Shown here piece after piece: positions 18,843 to 27,614 of a DNA stretch of 60,393 bases. A program made the translations under genes and the position numbers. Under the pieces are notes generated by a model. That model searched no databases. It was not told the DNA's origin and was given only the letters and a program-made list of their open reading frames with translations. Positions within the stretch are counted from its first letter, which is position 1; each line of letters starts with the position of its first letter. Location of the stretch: assembly GCA_038253825.1 (NCBI GenBank), contig JBBSGT010000004.1, positions 1 through 60,393 on the forward strand, given 5' to 3'. This stretch comes from Candidatus Levyibacteriota bacterium. Lineage in GTDB: Bacteria > Patescibacteriota > Microgenomatia > Levybacterales > UBA12049.

Positions 18843-19496
18843 ATGGAAAATATTATCATCGTTCGATCTATAAAACGTAAATCTGTTGGAATCCAAATTT
18901 TGGCTAACGGAACAATTAAAGTTACTATCCCCTATTTTTTCCTAAAAGGACAAGTGCCTAGAATTCTAAAAGAAAAAGAAGATTGGATAAGATCAACGCA
19001 ACAAAAATTATTACTACGCAAACAACAAATTGTTGATAAGAATGAATATTTGTATTTAGGTAAATCGTACCAAGTTGCATTTCGTTCAGGACAAAAGGAG
19101 CTAATTGAAATTGGTGATAAACTTTATTTTGGCAATCCAAATAAAGCAAATATCAAAACCTATCTGACGAGTTGGTACAAACAGCAAGCAAGAAAAATTA
19201 TTGTAGAACGCGTCTATCATTATGCAAAAATAGCCGGACTCTCTTTTACATCTATAAATCTTACCAGTGCGGAAACTCGTTGGGGCTCATGCAGCAATAA
19301 CAAAACGCTTAACTTTAATTGGAAATTGATCATGGCACCGATGCCAGTTATTGATTATGTCGTCGCTCATGAACTGGCCCATTTGACACAAATGAATCAT
19401 TCAAGGGATTTTTGGGAGACAGTGAGAAAAATGTATCCGCTCTATCGTGAATATCGGACATGGTTAAAACGCAACGGTCATGCGTTGGTGGTTTAA
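18843..19496 (+). CDS. YgjP-like (DUF45, M48-related) zinc metallohydrolase
   Basis: WGSCS..NFNWKLIMAP..IDYVVAHELAHLTQMNHSRDFW signature. The longer ORF from 18660 overlaps the tRNA, so ATG 18843 was chosen. Confidence 0.8.
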   Translation: MENIIIVRSIKRKSVGIQILANGTIKVTIPYFFLKGQVPRILKEKEDWIRSTQQKLLLRKQQIVDKNEYLYLGKSYQVAFRSGQKELIEIGDKLYFGNPNKANIKTYLTSWYKQQARKIIVERVYHYAKIAGLSFTSINLTSAETRWGSCSNNKTLNFNWKLIMAPMPVIDYVVAHELAHLTQMNHSRDFWETVRKMYPLYREYRTWLKRNGHALVV

Positions 19497-19497
19497 T

Positions 19498-20727
19498 TTA
19501 TAGCAATTTTTTTCTAGTAAAATAATCAATGATTTGGCCTGCAAGTTCCCGTTTTGTAGTTAAAGGAAATTTTTTCTTTTCACCATTTTTGAGAAAAATA
19601 AACACCTCATTAGTATCCACTTCAAAACCATGATTTTTTTTACTCATATCATTTGCGAGAATAGCATCCAAATTGAATTGTTTTATTTTTTTAGAGGCAA
19701 TTATAGAGAATTCTTTCTCGTGTACATCCCATTCAGCTTTAAACGCAATCAATTTGAGAGATGGATTAGCCCTTTTTATTACAGTTAATGTCTTTTCCCT
19801 GGGAACCAAGTCAAGCGATAGTTTATGAGAACTGCTTAATTTTCCTTTTTGTTGAGAAGCAAGAGAATAATCGGAAATAGCTGCTGCATGGAAGCATATA
19901 TCATAATGAGGGCAATATGTTCTGATCAATGCTTCTAATTCGTCTGCAGTTTCAAAAGTATGTTGTATTATAGGAAACCGTGGAGACACTGCATGTTTTG
20001 CTTGTAAAAGAAGGACATCTGCCCCACGTTGATAACAGGCTTCAGCCAAAGCAGCACCCATTTTCCCCGAACTTCGATTGGTAATAAAACGAATATCATC
20101 AATTGGCTCAATTGTTCCGCCTGCTGTAATAATAATCCTTTTCCCTTTTAATTCCTCTGTTTTACGCATTTGATCGTGAATTTCCTCTGTTATTTTTTTT
20201 AGATCAGCCAACCTGCCTTTTCCTTCATAGCCACAGGCAAGCGCCCCAGAATCAGGGTCGATAACATAATAGCCTTGGCGTTTTATCTTGGTAAGATTCT
20301 CTTGAACGATAGGATTTGTCCACATGTTTACATTCATTGATGGGCAGAAGAGCACAGGTGCTTTTGTTGCAAGAATCGATGTCGTAAGAAAATCATCCGC
20401 AATACCGTGTGCGATTTTTGCGATGATATTTGCTGTGGCTGGAAGAATAACAAAAAGAGCCGCTGCATCAGCTACTTGGATATGATCGACCTGGCGCTTC
20501 GCAAGAACAGTTTTATAATCAAAATTTTCTTCAAAAAGATCAGAATACACATCATTACCGGAAACCTTCTTAAATTCTTTTGGATCGATCATTTGTGTAG
20601 CACTTTTGGTCATGATAACGATAGTCGCATACCCATCTTTTCGTAGGTTTTTAATGAGTTCTAGTGCTTTAAAAGCAGCAATCCCTCCCGTAATGCAAAG
20701 AATTATTGTTTTTGTATCTGAGTTCAT
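19498..20727 (-). CDS. coaBC: bifunctional phosphopantothenoylcysteine decarboxylase / phosphopantothenate-cysteine ligase
   Basis: N-terminal flavoprotein ILCITGGIAAFKA..PATANIIAKIAHGIADD..PSMN. C-terminal ligase ITAGGTIEPIDDIRFITNRSSGKMG. Start taken at MNSDTK. Confidence 0.9.
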   Translation of the reverse strand: MNSDTKTIILCITGGIAAFKALELIKNLRKDGYATIVIMTKSATQMIDPKEFKKVSGNDVYSDLFEENFDYKTVLAKRQVDHIQVADAAALFVILPATANIIAKIAHGIADDFLTTSILATKAPVLFCPSMNVNMWTNPIVQENLTKIKRQGYYVIDPDSGALACGYEGKGRLADLKKITEEIHDQMRKTEELKGKRIIITAGGTIEPIDDIRFITNRSSGKMGAALAEACYQRGADVLLLQAKHAVSPRFPIIQHTFETADELEALIRTYCPHYDICFHAAAISDYSLASQQKGKLSSSHKLSLDLVPREKTLTVIKRANPSLKLIAFKAEWDVHEKEFSIIASKKIKQFNLDAILANDMSKKNHGFEVDTNEVFIFLKNGEKKKFPLTTKRELAGQIIDYFTRKKLL

Positions 20728-20729
20728 GG

Positions 20730-21503
20730 TTAAAATTTCCCTCTCGTTACGTTTGGTAATACTTTTACTCGATTTCCGCATCTCTGCAGAGTAAGAGAGA
20801 GAAGAACATTATCTACTGGCAACGAGTCATCATTATGAAATTTTACCACACCTCCCTGATCGCTTGTTAGACTAAGAGTATTAAGAACCGATTGGTGAAT
20901 AGCATCAGGAGGAAGATACGGAAGGGTGTTTGCGCAGTGAACAAATGAAGAGTTGCAAGCAGTATTTTCAATATCAGGTGAGAGAGGATTACCAATGTCG
21001 ACGCCAAAGAGTGTTGTAATTTTACGATCCTCAAAAAGTCCATCCATTTGTCTCATTGCTTCAGGTACTGAAATAAACTCTCTATCAAGGTTCGCATAAT
21101 CCATAATACGTAACGCAGTAGATTGACGTAATGGATCTTGGAGATCTAATAAAATAATCGAACCTTGCATACCCAAAGTTCTTGCAATTTCAAAGGCAGA
21201 TATGCCAATGCTGGAACCAATATCTACAAGAGTTCCATCTTTGTTAACATAAGGTTCTATTTCGCTCCAAGGTTCTTCAGCAAATCTGTTAAAACCTGTC
21301 CATTCAGAGCTCATTTGTTCTTTCATCATACTGACATAATCATCACGTATGTTATTTGCATAGATAAACCATAGTCCCTCAGAACCATTCACGTTATACG
21401 CTTCAGTCGATAAAGGATTCCCAAATATATCAGCTATTGATCTAACTGATTTTGTCAGTATTGCTGCATCAGATGCATTAGCCAAGGCAATAAAAAATAG
21501 CAT
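20730..21503 (-). CDS. putative class I SAM-dependent methyltransferase (FkbM-like motif I), function unknown
   Basis: 257 aa. GTLVDIGSSIGISAFEIA..IILLDLQDP resembles FkbM-type motif I. Its stop lies 2 nt before the coaBC start. Confidence 0.4.
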   Translation of the reverse strand: MLFFIALANASDAAILTKSVRSIADIFGNPLSTEAYNVNGSEGLWFIYANNIRDDYVSMMKEQMSSEWTGFNRFAEEPWSEIEPYVNKDGTLVDIGSSIGISAFEIARTLGMQGSIILLDLQDPLRQSTALRIMDYANLDREFISVPEAMRQMDGLFEDRKITTLFGVDIGNPLSPDIENTACNSSFVHCANTLPYLPPDAIHQSVLNTLSLTSDQGGVVKFHNDDSLPVDNVLLSLTLQRCGNRVKVLPNVTRGKF

Positions 21504-21632
21504 ACTTCATGCAGAAAGTATAGAAGGTTATCCAGCTCATATATCTAGGTAAAACTACATAAAAGTCAGTAAGCGGAAGTAGTTTCAAGTATTGCTCCCT
21601 CAATAAAAACTTTAGTTTAAGGGCACTACCCA

Positions 21633-21662
21633 CATTGTGGAGTCGCCCCTCCAGAATGACAC
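21633..21662 (-). repeat. copy C of the conserved post-stop hairpin element (GTCATTCTGGAG-GGGCGA-CTCCACAATG)
   Basis: 10-bp stem with one mismatch, starting 11 nt after the M32 carboxypeptidase stop. Confidence 0.5.
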
Positions 21663-21671
21663 TTTATCAGT

Positions 21672-23186
21672 CTATTTCAAGTCATAGATTTCTGAATATT
21701 TTTTGTTGAGGTATTTTAAGAAATAGGTATAGTCCAACTCTTCACCAGTTGCTTTCAGTAGTAATTCTTTCGGGAAGTACAAACTTCCGTGTGTGTGGAT
21801 GTGTTCATCCAACCAACCTTTTATAGGCTTTAATTTTCCTTGTTCCAAAAGTCCATCAAAATCAACAGTTTTTTTCATCGCATGTAAAAATTGTGCGCCA
21901 TATAGATTGCCCATGGCGTATGAAGGGAAATAACCAATTGCTCCATACGTCCAGTGCACATCTTGTAAGACTCCGTCTCTATCTGTCTCTGGTGTGATGC
22001 CCAGCAAAGTTTTTGATTTTTCTTTCCATGCAACTGCGGCATCTTTTGCTTTCAATGTGCCGTTAATAAGTTCATTTTCTATTTCAAATCTCAGAATAAT
22101 ATGTAACGAATAACTTACCTCATCAGCAGTGATGCGGACCAAACTTGGTTTCACATGATTAAATGATGCAATAATTGTTTCTTCATTAACTGTCCCAAGT
22201 TGATCGTTATAAAGTGTTTGAAAGAGTGGCGTAATACTTGCAAGAAAGTGAGGATTTTTTCCAACCATATTTTCCCAAAATCGTGAAAGCGATTCATGGA
22301 TTCCTAGCGAAACCCCACCTTCAAGAGGTGTCTGTATATAGTGAGGATCGATCTGTTGTTCATATATTCCATGACCTGCTTCATGCATCGTTGAGGTAAA
22401 TGATTCTCGGAAATCCCGGACATTATAATTTGTCGTCAATCGAATATCACTGGGCCCAAGACTAGTTGTAAAAGGATGCGGTGAAACATCAAGTCTTCCT
22501 GAAGCAAAATCAAAACCCATTTTATGGGTGACATAATTGAGTATCTTCTTCTGATCGGCAATCGGATAATGCAAGTTTTTATTTATAAAGGCAGTTTTGT
22601 CTAAATAGTTTTTACTTGTGCTGATTCGTTTCATGAGTTTAACCAACTCTTTTTTAAGCCCATCAAACATTTTCTGACATTCAGCTGCTGTTAATTCTGG
22701 TTCATATTGATCAAGTAGTGCGTCGTAAGGATTTGTTTTGTATTTCAGATAGTGGGCAATTTCCTGGTTGAGTTCTATTATCTGCGTGAGGTATGGAAGA
22801 AATTTTTTGAAATCATTTTCTTCGCGTGCTTGTTTCCATACAGGGAATGCTTCAGATGTTATCTGCTCTTTTTTAATAATAGTTTTCTTTGGGACGTTGT
22901 AATAAAACTTTGTCGCATATCCAATATTTCGAACAATTCCTTGTTCTTCTTTACTAAGATCTTTTTCTGTTTGCGCTTTTTCAATTATATTTCGAAAATC
23001 TTTATCAAGCCATTTCTCGGTAATTGTTTTTGCCAGATAGCCGAGTTGCTCTGATCTGTTTTGCGAGCCTTTTGATGGTAAATTCACATTGAGGTCCCAA
23101 TTGAGTACACTACTAATATGATTAAGCAAAGAAATTTCTTGGTATTTTTTGAGGAGTTCTTGTATGGTGGGATTACTGACGGTCAT
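21672..23186 (-). CDS. carboxypeptidase Taq-like metallopeptidase (family M32)
   Basis: 504 aa. HEAGHGIYEQ zinc site, HESLSRFWEN, IRITADEVSYSLHIILRFEIE, GYFPSYAMGN. Confidence 0.9.
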   Translation of the reverse strand: MTVSNPTIQELLKKYQEISLLNHISSVLNWDLNVNLPSKGSQNRSEQLGYLAKTITEKWLDKDFRNIIEKAQTEKDLSKEEQGIVRNIGYATKFYYNVPKKTIIKKEQITSEAFPVWKQAREENDFKKFLPYLTQIIELNQEIAHYLKYKTNPYDALLDQYEPELTAAECQKMFDGLKKELVKLMKRISTSKNYLDKTAFINKNLHYPIADQKKILNYVTHKMGFDFASGRLDVSPHPFTTSLGPSDIRLTTNYNVRDFRESFTSTMHEAGHGIYEQQIDPHYIQTPLEGGVSLGIHESLSRFWENMVGKNPHFLASITPLFQTLYNDQLGTVNEETIIASFNHVKPSLVRITADEVSYSLHIILRFEIENELINGTLKAKDAAVAWKEKSKTLLGITPETDRDGVLQDVHWTYGAIGYFPSYAMGNLYGAQFLHAMKKTVDFDGLLEQGKLKPIKGWLDEHIHTHGSLYFPKELLLKATGEELDYTYFLKYLNKKYSEIYDLK

Positions 23187-23283
23187 TAAAGAGATTATAT
23201 ACTCTGGTTACTGTATTTTGCAATCTAACGTACTTAATTTTTGTAAGAATAATTATCTTATGTCTGTTATACTTCATTTTGCA

Positions 23284-23658
23284 ATGGAAATTTTATATAC
23301 AGTAAGTGGTAAGGTCAGAAAAGGAAAAAGCCAGGGTAAGGCTTTGGGTTTTCCAACAGCCAATATTGCTTTGAACAAAGAAATACCAGAAGGTATCTAT
23401 GCATCTACTCTAGTCGTAAATGGCAAAATATATAATGCAGTCTCTTTTGTTGGTTCGGCAAAGACTTTTAAACGCAATGATGTAAATGTTGAAACATATA
23501 TTATGGATTTTGAAGGAGATTTGTATGGAAGATGGATTAGCGTAAAGCTGCACAAATTTCTGCGAGGTAATGAGACATTTAGTTCGACCGATACACTCAT
23601 TGAACAAATGAACGAAGATATACTCGATGCGGAAGATTTTTTTAACGAAGAAAATTAG
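23284..23658 (+). CDS. monofunctional riboflavin kinase (RibF C-terminal-domain type)
   Basis: GKVRKGKSQGKALGFPTANI..GIYAS..VETYIMDFEGDLYG..FLRGNETFSS...LIEQMNEDI. Alternative start ATG 23260. The upstream part of the track ORF overlaps the M32 gene. Confidence 0.8.
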   Translation: MEILYTVSGKVRKGKSQGKALGFPTANIALNKEIPEGIYASTLVVNGKIYNAVSFVGSAKTFKRNDVNVETYIMDFEGDLYGRWISVKLHKFLRGNETFSSTDTLIEQMNEDILDAEDFFNEEN

Positions 23659-23990
23659 CGTAATTGTTTCAGACGATAAAGTTCTTGATCTGAAAGACCG
23701 AAATGATGTCCAATTTCATGAAGAACTGTTTTTCGTATATTATTCTCCGCCTCTTCTCTTGTCCCAGAGATTTGCAATAAGGGTAGTCTATAAATAGTTA
23801 TTTTATCAGGAAGTGTAGAATAACTGTTCCGAGCAGTTTTGGGAACACCGTGGTAAAGTCCAAGAAGTGAAGGGTTTGGTGGTTCATCTTCTACGGTAAT
23901 TTCAACATTTTCTAATTGCTCTTTAAAATTTGGAGGTAAGGCATTAATTGTTTTGCGAATTATTGCCTCAAATTCTTGTTCATTCATCAT
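23655..23990 (-). CDS. small zincin-like metallopeptidase family protein (DUF1025/Zincin_1-like)
   Basis: 111 aa with a C-terminal HEIGHHFG motif. Confidence 0.65.
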   Translation of the reverse strand: MMNEQEFEAIIRKTINALPPNFKEQLENVEITVEDEPPNPSLLGLYHGVPKTARNSYSTLPDKITIYRLPLLQISGTREEAENNIRKTVLHEIGHHFGLSDQELYRLKQLR

Positions 23991-24378
23991 GATCTTCTTT
24001 TTTCTTCTCTTCCGCTTTATTGTTGTTTCTGTTTAATCCGCCAAGATGTGCAGAAATTGGATCCTGACTCTGGGTATGCGCTGCAAGAATAGTAATAAAA
24101 CTCAACAACGTACCGACTCCTATAAAAATATAAATAATTGTAAATATTTTGCCAAGATCTGTCTTAGGTGCCAAATCCCCCAATCCAACCGTTGTAAGCG
24201 TGGTGACTGAAAAGTAAAAAGCATCAAGATATGACCAATGTTCTATTTGATTATAGAAAATTGTACCACTAAGAAGCAAAAAAAGAACAAAAATTCCCAG
24301 TGAACGAAATTGAGGATCTTTAAAACCCTTTCGCAAGCCTCGAAAAAGTCTCAGAAGTGTGAGAAAAAAACTAATCAT
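23980..24378 (-). CDS. two-TM potassium channel family protein
   Basis: 132 aa: TM1, pore helix, selectivity filter TTVGLGD, TM2. Confidence 0.8.
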   Translation of the reverse strand: MISFFLTLLRLFRGLRKGFKDPQFRSLGIFVLFLLLSGTIFYNQIEHWSYLDAFYFSVTTLTTVGLGDLAPKTDLGKIFTIIYIFIGVGTLLSFITILAAHTQSQDPISAHLGGLNRNNNKAEEKKKEDHDE

Positions 24379-25707
24379 TTATCGTTTATCCATCTCCATT
24401 TCAAATTCGTCAAAACGCTCCAATGCTCGCCAGATAGGGAGAATACCAAAAAGATATCGCAACAAAACTAATTGCTGGAGTATCCAGCCAGAAAAACCTG
24501 CTAACTGAATATCATGGACAAGTTCAGCAACCGCAAAATAACCTTTCAATGGTACGACATATCCCCAATGGCGAAACTTATAGGGTTCAAGCGTCTCTTG
24601 CAATAAAAGCCGTGCGACGTTCTTCCCGGCAGTTTGCCCTTGCTCTTCTGCAACTTGTGCAACATTGGGTGCGGTTCGTTGCGTTGTTTCATCAATGACA
24701 TACCCAGCACTATCTCCTGCCGCAAAAATGTTCTCAAACCCTTGGATCTGTAAATATTCATTGACAAGAAGCGCACCTCGTTTGGTAACTGGCAAATTAT
24801 TATTACGAGCTAATTCATTGGGAGTAACTCCTCCAGTCCAAATAAAAATTTCATACGGATAGGATTTTCCATTATCTGTTAAGATTTTATCTTTTGTAAC
24901 TTGAGAAATATGCCCGCCAAAAGCAAAGTGGACGTTTGGTTCATCCAGTCTTTTTTCTGCAATATTTGAAACTTTTGGATCAAGTTCTTTGAGTAATTTA
25001 TCGCTCCCTTGAATAATTGTCATTTCGAGACAATTTTTATCAAGTTTATGCTGAACTGCAATTCGGTCTTTGTAGGTTAATAATTCGGCCGCAAGTTCGG
25101 TGCCGGCAAATCCTCCCCCACCAATAACGACTTGCACTTTTTTGTTACATTTGCCGTCTTTGCAACAAAGATTTTTGATTTTATCTTTAATTGTTAAAGC
25201 ATCCTGAAGGCTTTTAAAACCGGTTGCGTATTCTTTCAATCCAGGAATACCCATGTAAGCTGGCTGACTTCCCGTAGTAAGTATTAAATAGTCATATGCA
25301 ATTTTTTCTTTATCCTTTAATGTAAGCATTTGGAATGCAGTATCAATCTTCTCAACGATATTATGGATAATATGTACTCCCGTCGGAAAGATTTTTTTCA
25401 AGGGAATTGCCACGTTCTTTTTTGTTTCTTCAGAGGTAGCCACTTCGTAGAGCGAAGGTGTAAAAAGATGATAGTTATGTTTATTAATAAGTGTGATTTT
25501 GATCGGAAGTCCCCGTAATGACCTTTTGAGATGTATCGCGGCAGCAACACCGGCAAATCCTCCACCAACAATAACGACATGTTTGCGTTTTCCATTCTCA
25601 GATAAAACAGGAGTTTGTTTTCTGAATAAAAAATAGCAAGTGAAGATAATAATGAGATAAAATATGATATCTCCAGGAGAAAATATCATGGGCAGCAAAT
25701 CATCCAT
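24379..25707 (-). CDS. ndh: type II NADH:quinone oxidoreductase (NDH-2)
   Basis: Two dinucleotide-binding motifs (VVIVGGGFAGV, VVIGGGGFAGTE), AAGD, and an N-terminal TM helix. Confidence 0.85.
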   Translation of the reverse strand: MDDLLPMIFSPGDIIFYLIIIFTCYFLFRKQTPVLSENGKRKHVVIVGGGFAGVAAAIHLKRSLRGLPIKITLINKHNYHLFTPSLYEVATSEETKKNVAIPLKKIFPTGVHIIHNIVEKIDTAFQMLTLKDKEKIAYDYLILTTGSQPAYMGIPGLKEYATGFKSLQDALTIKDKIKNLCCKDGKCNKKVQVVIGGGGFAGTELAAELLTYKDRIAVQHKLDKNCLEMTIIQGSDKLLKELDPKVSNIAEKRLDEPNVHFAFGGHISQVTKDKILTDNGKSYPYEIFIWTGGVTPNELARNNNLPVTKRGALLVNEYLQIQGFENIFAAGDSAGYVIDETTQRTAPNVAQVAEEQGQTAGKNVARLLLQETLEPYKFRHWGYVVPLKGYFAVAELVHDIQLAGFSGWILQQLVLLRYLFGILPIWRALERFDEFEMEMDKR

Positions 25708-25745
25708 AACTAAAGTATAGACTATGCTACGAAGAAGTGAAAGTG

Positions 25746-26972
25746 TTATTCAGGAGGTTGCCAACCGCCATATCGAATTTTCGTACTAAACGCTCCTAGC
25801 CAGTAATCGGTCCAATCAATAACGCCATTTTTATCAAAATCCCATGATGGGTCATATTGTTTTTGTCGGTCATTGAGCTGATCGTAGACTGTATACCAGC
25901 TGAGTGGAGGATCGACCATACCAACTTTAGTTGTACAGTCAAAGGTAGCGGTGTAGGCTGGTCCAACGAGTTTATTGGTTGCAGTATCACTATAATAGTT
26001 AGCAATTCGGTAGTATAAGGTCTTCCCACAATTGCTGAGACTATATACGCCAGTATTTGAGGGCGTACTCGCAAACCCGACATATTTCATTGTTATATTC
26101 CTGTATGCGGTATAGCTGCTATTTGCAGGACCTTCTGGGCCATATTGGCTCGGAATACCAAATGATTTATTCGTCTGCGTCCAGTCTCCACTAAAATCAG
26201 AGTTTAACGATAGATGAAGATCCCAGCCTCCGGGCGGTGGCGAGAAACCAGGATAGTCAAAGAAGTATACTGCATAGGTTTTTAAGAATTTGGACTGGAC
26301 ATTTGCATATCCTGGGACAATCTGCGGAAAAGCTGGGGTAGGAGTAGCAGTCGGTAGTGGTGTTGGCGTTGGAGTTGCTGTTGTGTTTGGTATTGGTGTA
26401 TTCGTAGGAAATGGCGTCATGGTGGGAGTTGGTGTGGCTCCGATAACACAATCATTGATGTTCATAATCGGTCTACAAACATAACAATCAGGTGACGTGC
26501 CATTTGCAACTGGACAGGTCGGGTTGTTATTACCAAATTTATCATATTTTGTCTCTGCATCTTCATTTTCTTTTTTTGATTTCGGATTGTAGCAAAGAAC
26601 TGCAGAGCTCCCGCATTTTGATGCATAAATATCTTTGAGTTGTTGTGACTGTGATTCGCTTTGTTCCAGTTTCCCACCTTGTACTAACTCGTGAACGCAG
26701 TCTGACATACTTGCGAGTGTTCCTCCGGCAGCTAATTCGGAAGCACAAAATGCATTTTTGTTCCAGGGTAAGGCATTTGCAGAGGTAAAGTAATCCACGT
26801 TTGCCTTTATGAAATCATCGCTTGCTGTCTTATCGCTGACATCTTCGGATTGATGTAGTTGCTCTGCAGGATTGATAGCGATAAGAGTAATGCTGAGAAG
26901 TATTGCCAATACTCCAATCACGACAAGAAGCTCAATGAGCGTGAAGCCAAGGATAGAAGTTTTCTTGTTCAT
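25746..26972 (-). CDS. prepilin-type N-terminal cleavage/methylation domain protein (large type IV pilin-like protein)
   Basis: Leader MNKKTSILG|FTLIELLVVIGVLAIL, PT-rich linker, ~200-aa C-terminal domain ending with the EF-hand/dockerin-like loop DFDKNGVIDWTD. Confidence 0.85.
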   Translation of the reverse strand: MNKKTSILGFTLIELLVVIGVLAILLSITLIAINPAEQLHQSEDVSDKTASDDFIKANVDYFTSANALPWNKNAFCASELAAGGTLASMSDCVHELVQGGKLEQSESQSQQLKDIYASKCGSSAVLCYNPKSKKENEDAETKYDKFGNNNPTCPVANGTSPDCYVCRPIMNINDCVIGATPTPTMTPFPTNTPIPNTTATPTPTPLPTATPTPAFPQIVPGYANVQSKFLKTYAVYFFDYPGFSPPPGGWDLHLSLNSDFSGDWTQTNKSFGIPSQYGPEGPANSSYTAYRNITMKYVGFASTPSNTGVYSLSNCGKTLYYRIANYYSDTATNKLVGPAYTATFDCTTKVGMVDPPLSWYTVYDQLNDRQKQYDPSWDFDKNGVIDWTDYWLGAFSTKIRYGGWQPPE

Positions 26973-27088
26973 GTTTATCAGAGTAAAACTCTACAGTATA
27001 CTTTTACGATACTCAATGGAAACGAGGTTGTCAAACACATCATTGACAAGAAAAGTAAAACCTAGAATACTGATAAGAGACTTTTACT

Positions 27089-27554
27089 ATGCGAAATCGA
27101 TTATTGCTGACGTTGTCATTTTTTTGTCTAACAGCAACGAGTTTTTTTGTTCCCACAGTGATGGCAGCGGATGGGCAGCTCTCGGGTAAAGTGATTGATA
27201 GTTCTGGGGCACCAGTAACCGGTTCAAAACTCCTTGTTACCAATACTGCGACTCAAAAAAAAAGTGGGCAACTTTCCGACAGATATAAATGGGAACTACA
27301 GACTTCAAATACCACAAGGAGCATATGATATTACCATTATTCCTCCTGCAGGAAGCGGTCTCTCACAAAGTACTTTGTCACATGTGAATGTTTCCGGCAA
27401 TTTAGTAAAAGACGTTTCTTTACGGGCAACTTCAAAATTACCTGCACAAGGAAAAAGTGCAAATAACTTAGTTTCCACTATTATTATCGGAGAGATTATC
27501 ACTGTTATCCTCATAGTTTTAGGATATATACTGTGGCGACGGAAACATCGTTAA
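27089..27554 (+). pseudogene. frameshifted gene for a secreted, membrane-anchored CarboxypepD_reg-like domain protein
   Basis: ORFs 27089-27328 and 27234-27554 join into one protein (signal peptide, GKVIDSSGAPVTGSKLLVTNTATQKKVGNFPTDINGNYRLQIPQGAYDITI, C-terminal TM) if the A9 run at 27255-27263 loses one A. Confidence 0.7.
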
Positions 27555-27588
27555 GTTTCTCCACGCTTGCACCGTATGATGAAAGAAA

Positions 27589-27597
27589 TGCTATACT
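27589..27597 (+). promoter_or_regulatory. extended -10 promoter candidate (TGcTATACT) for the cyo operon
   Basis: TG at 27589-27590 and TATACT at 27592-27597, 17 nt upstream of the cyoA ATG. Confidence 0.35.
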
Positions 27598-27614
27598 GAG
27601 TAGGTAGCCGCATC

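Noticed and set aside
26290-26484. Repetitive GVGV-rich ORF and short tandem-looking DNA repeats, considered as a repeat array or CRISPR-like feature.
   Set aside because: It is the antisense of the PT-rich linker of the pilin gene. The periodicity is a 6-nt coding low-complexity pattern, not repeat-spacer architecture. The same applies to the PT linkers at 49380-49470, 49930-50040 and 50500-50570.
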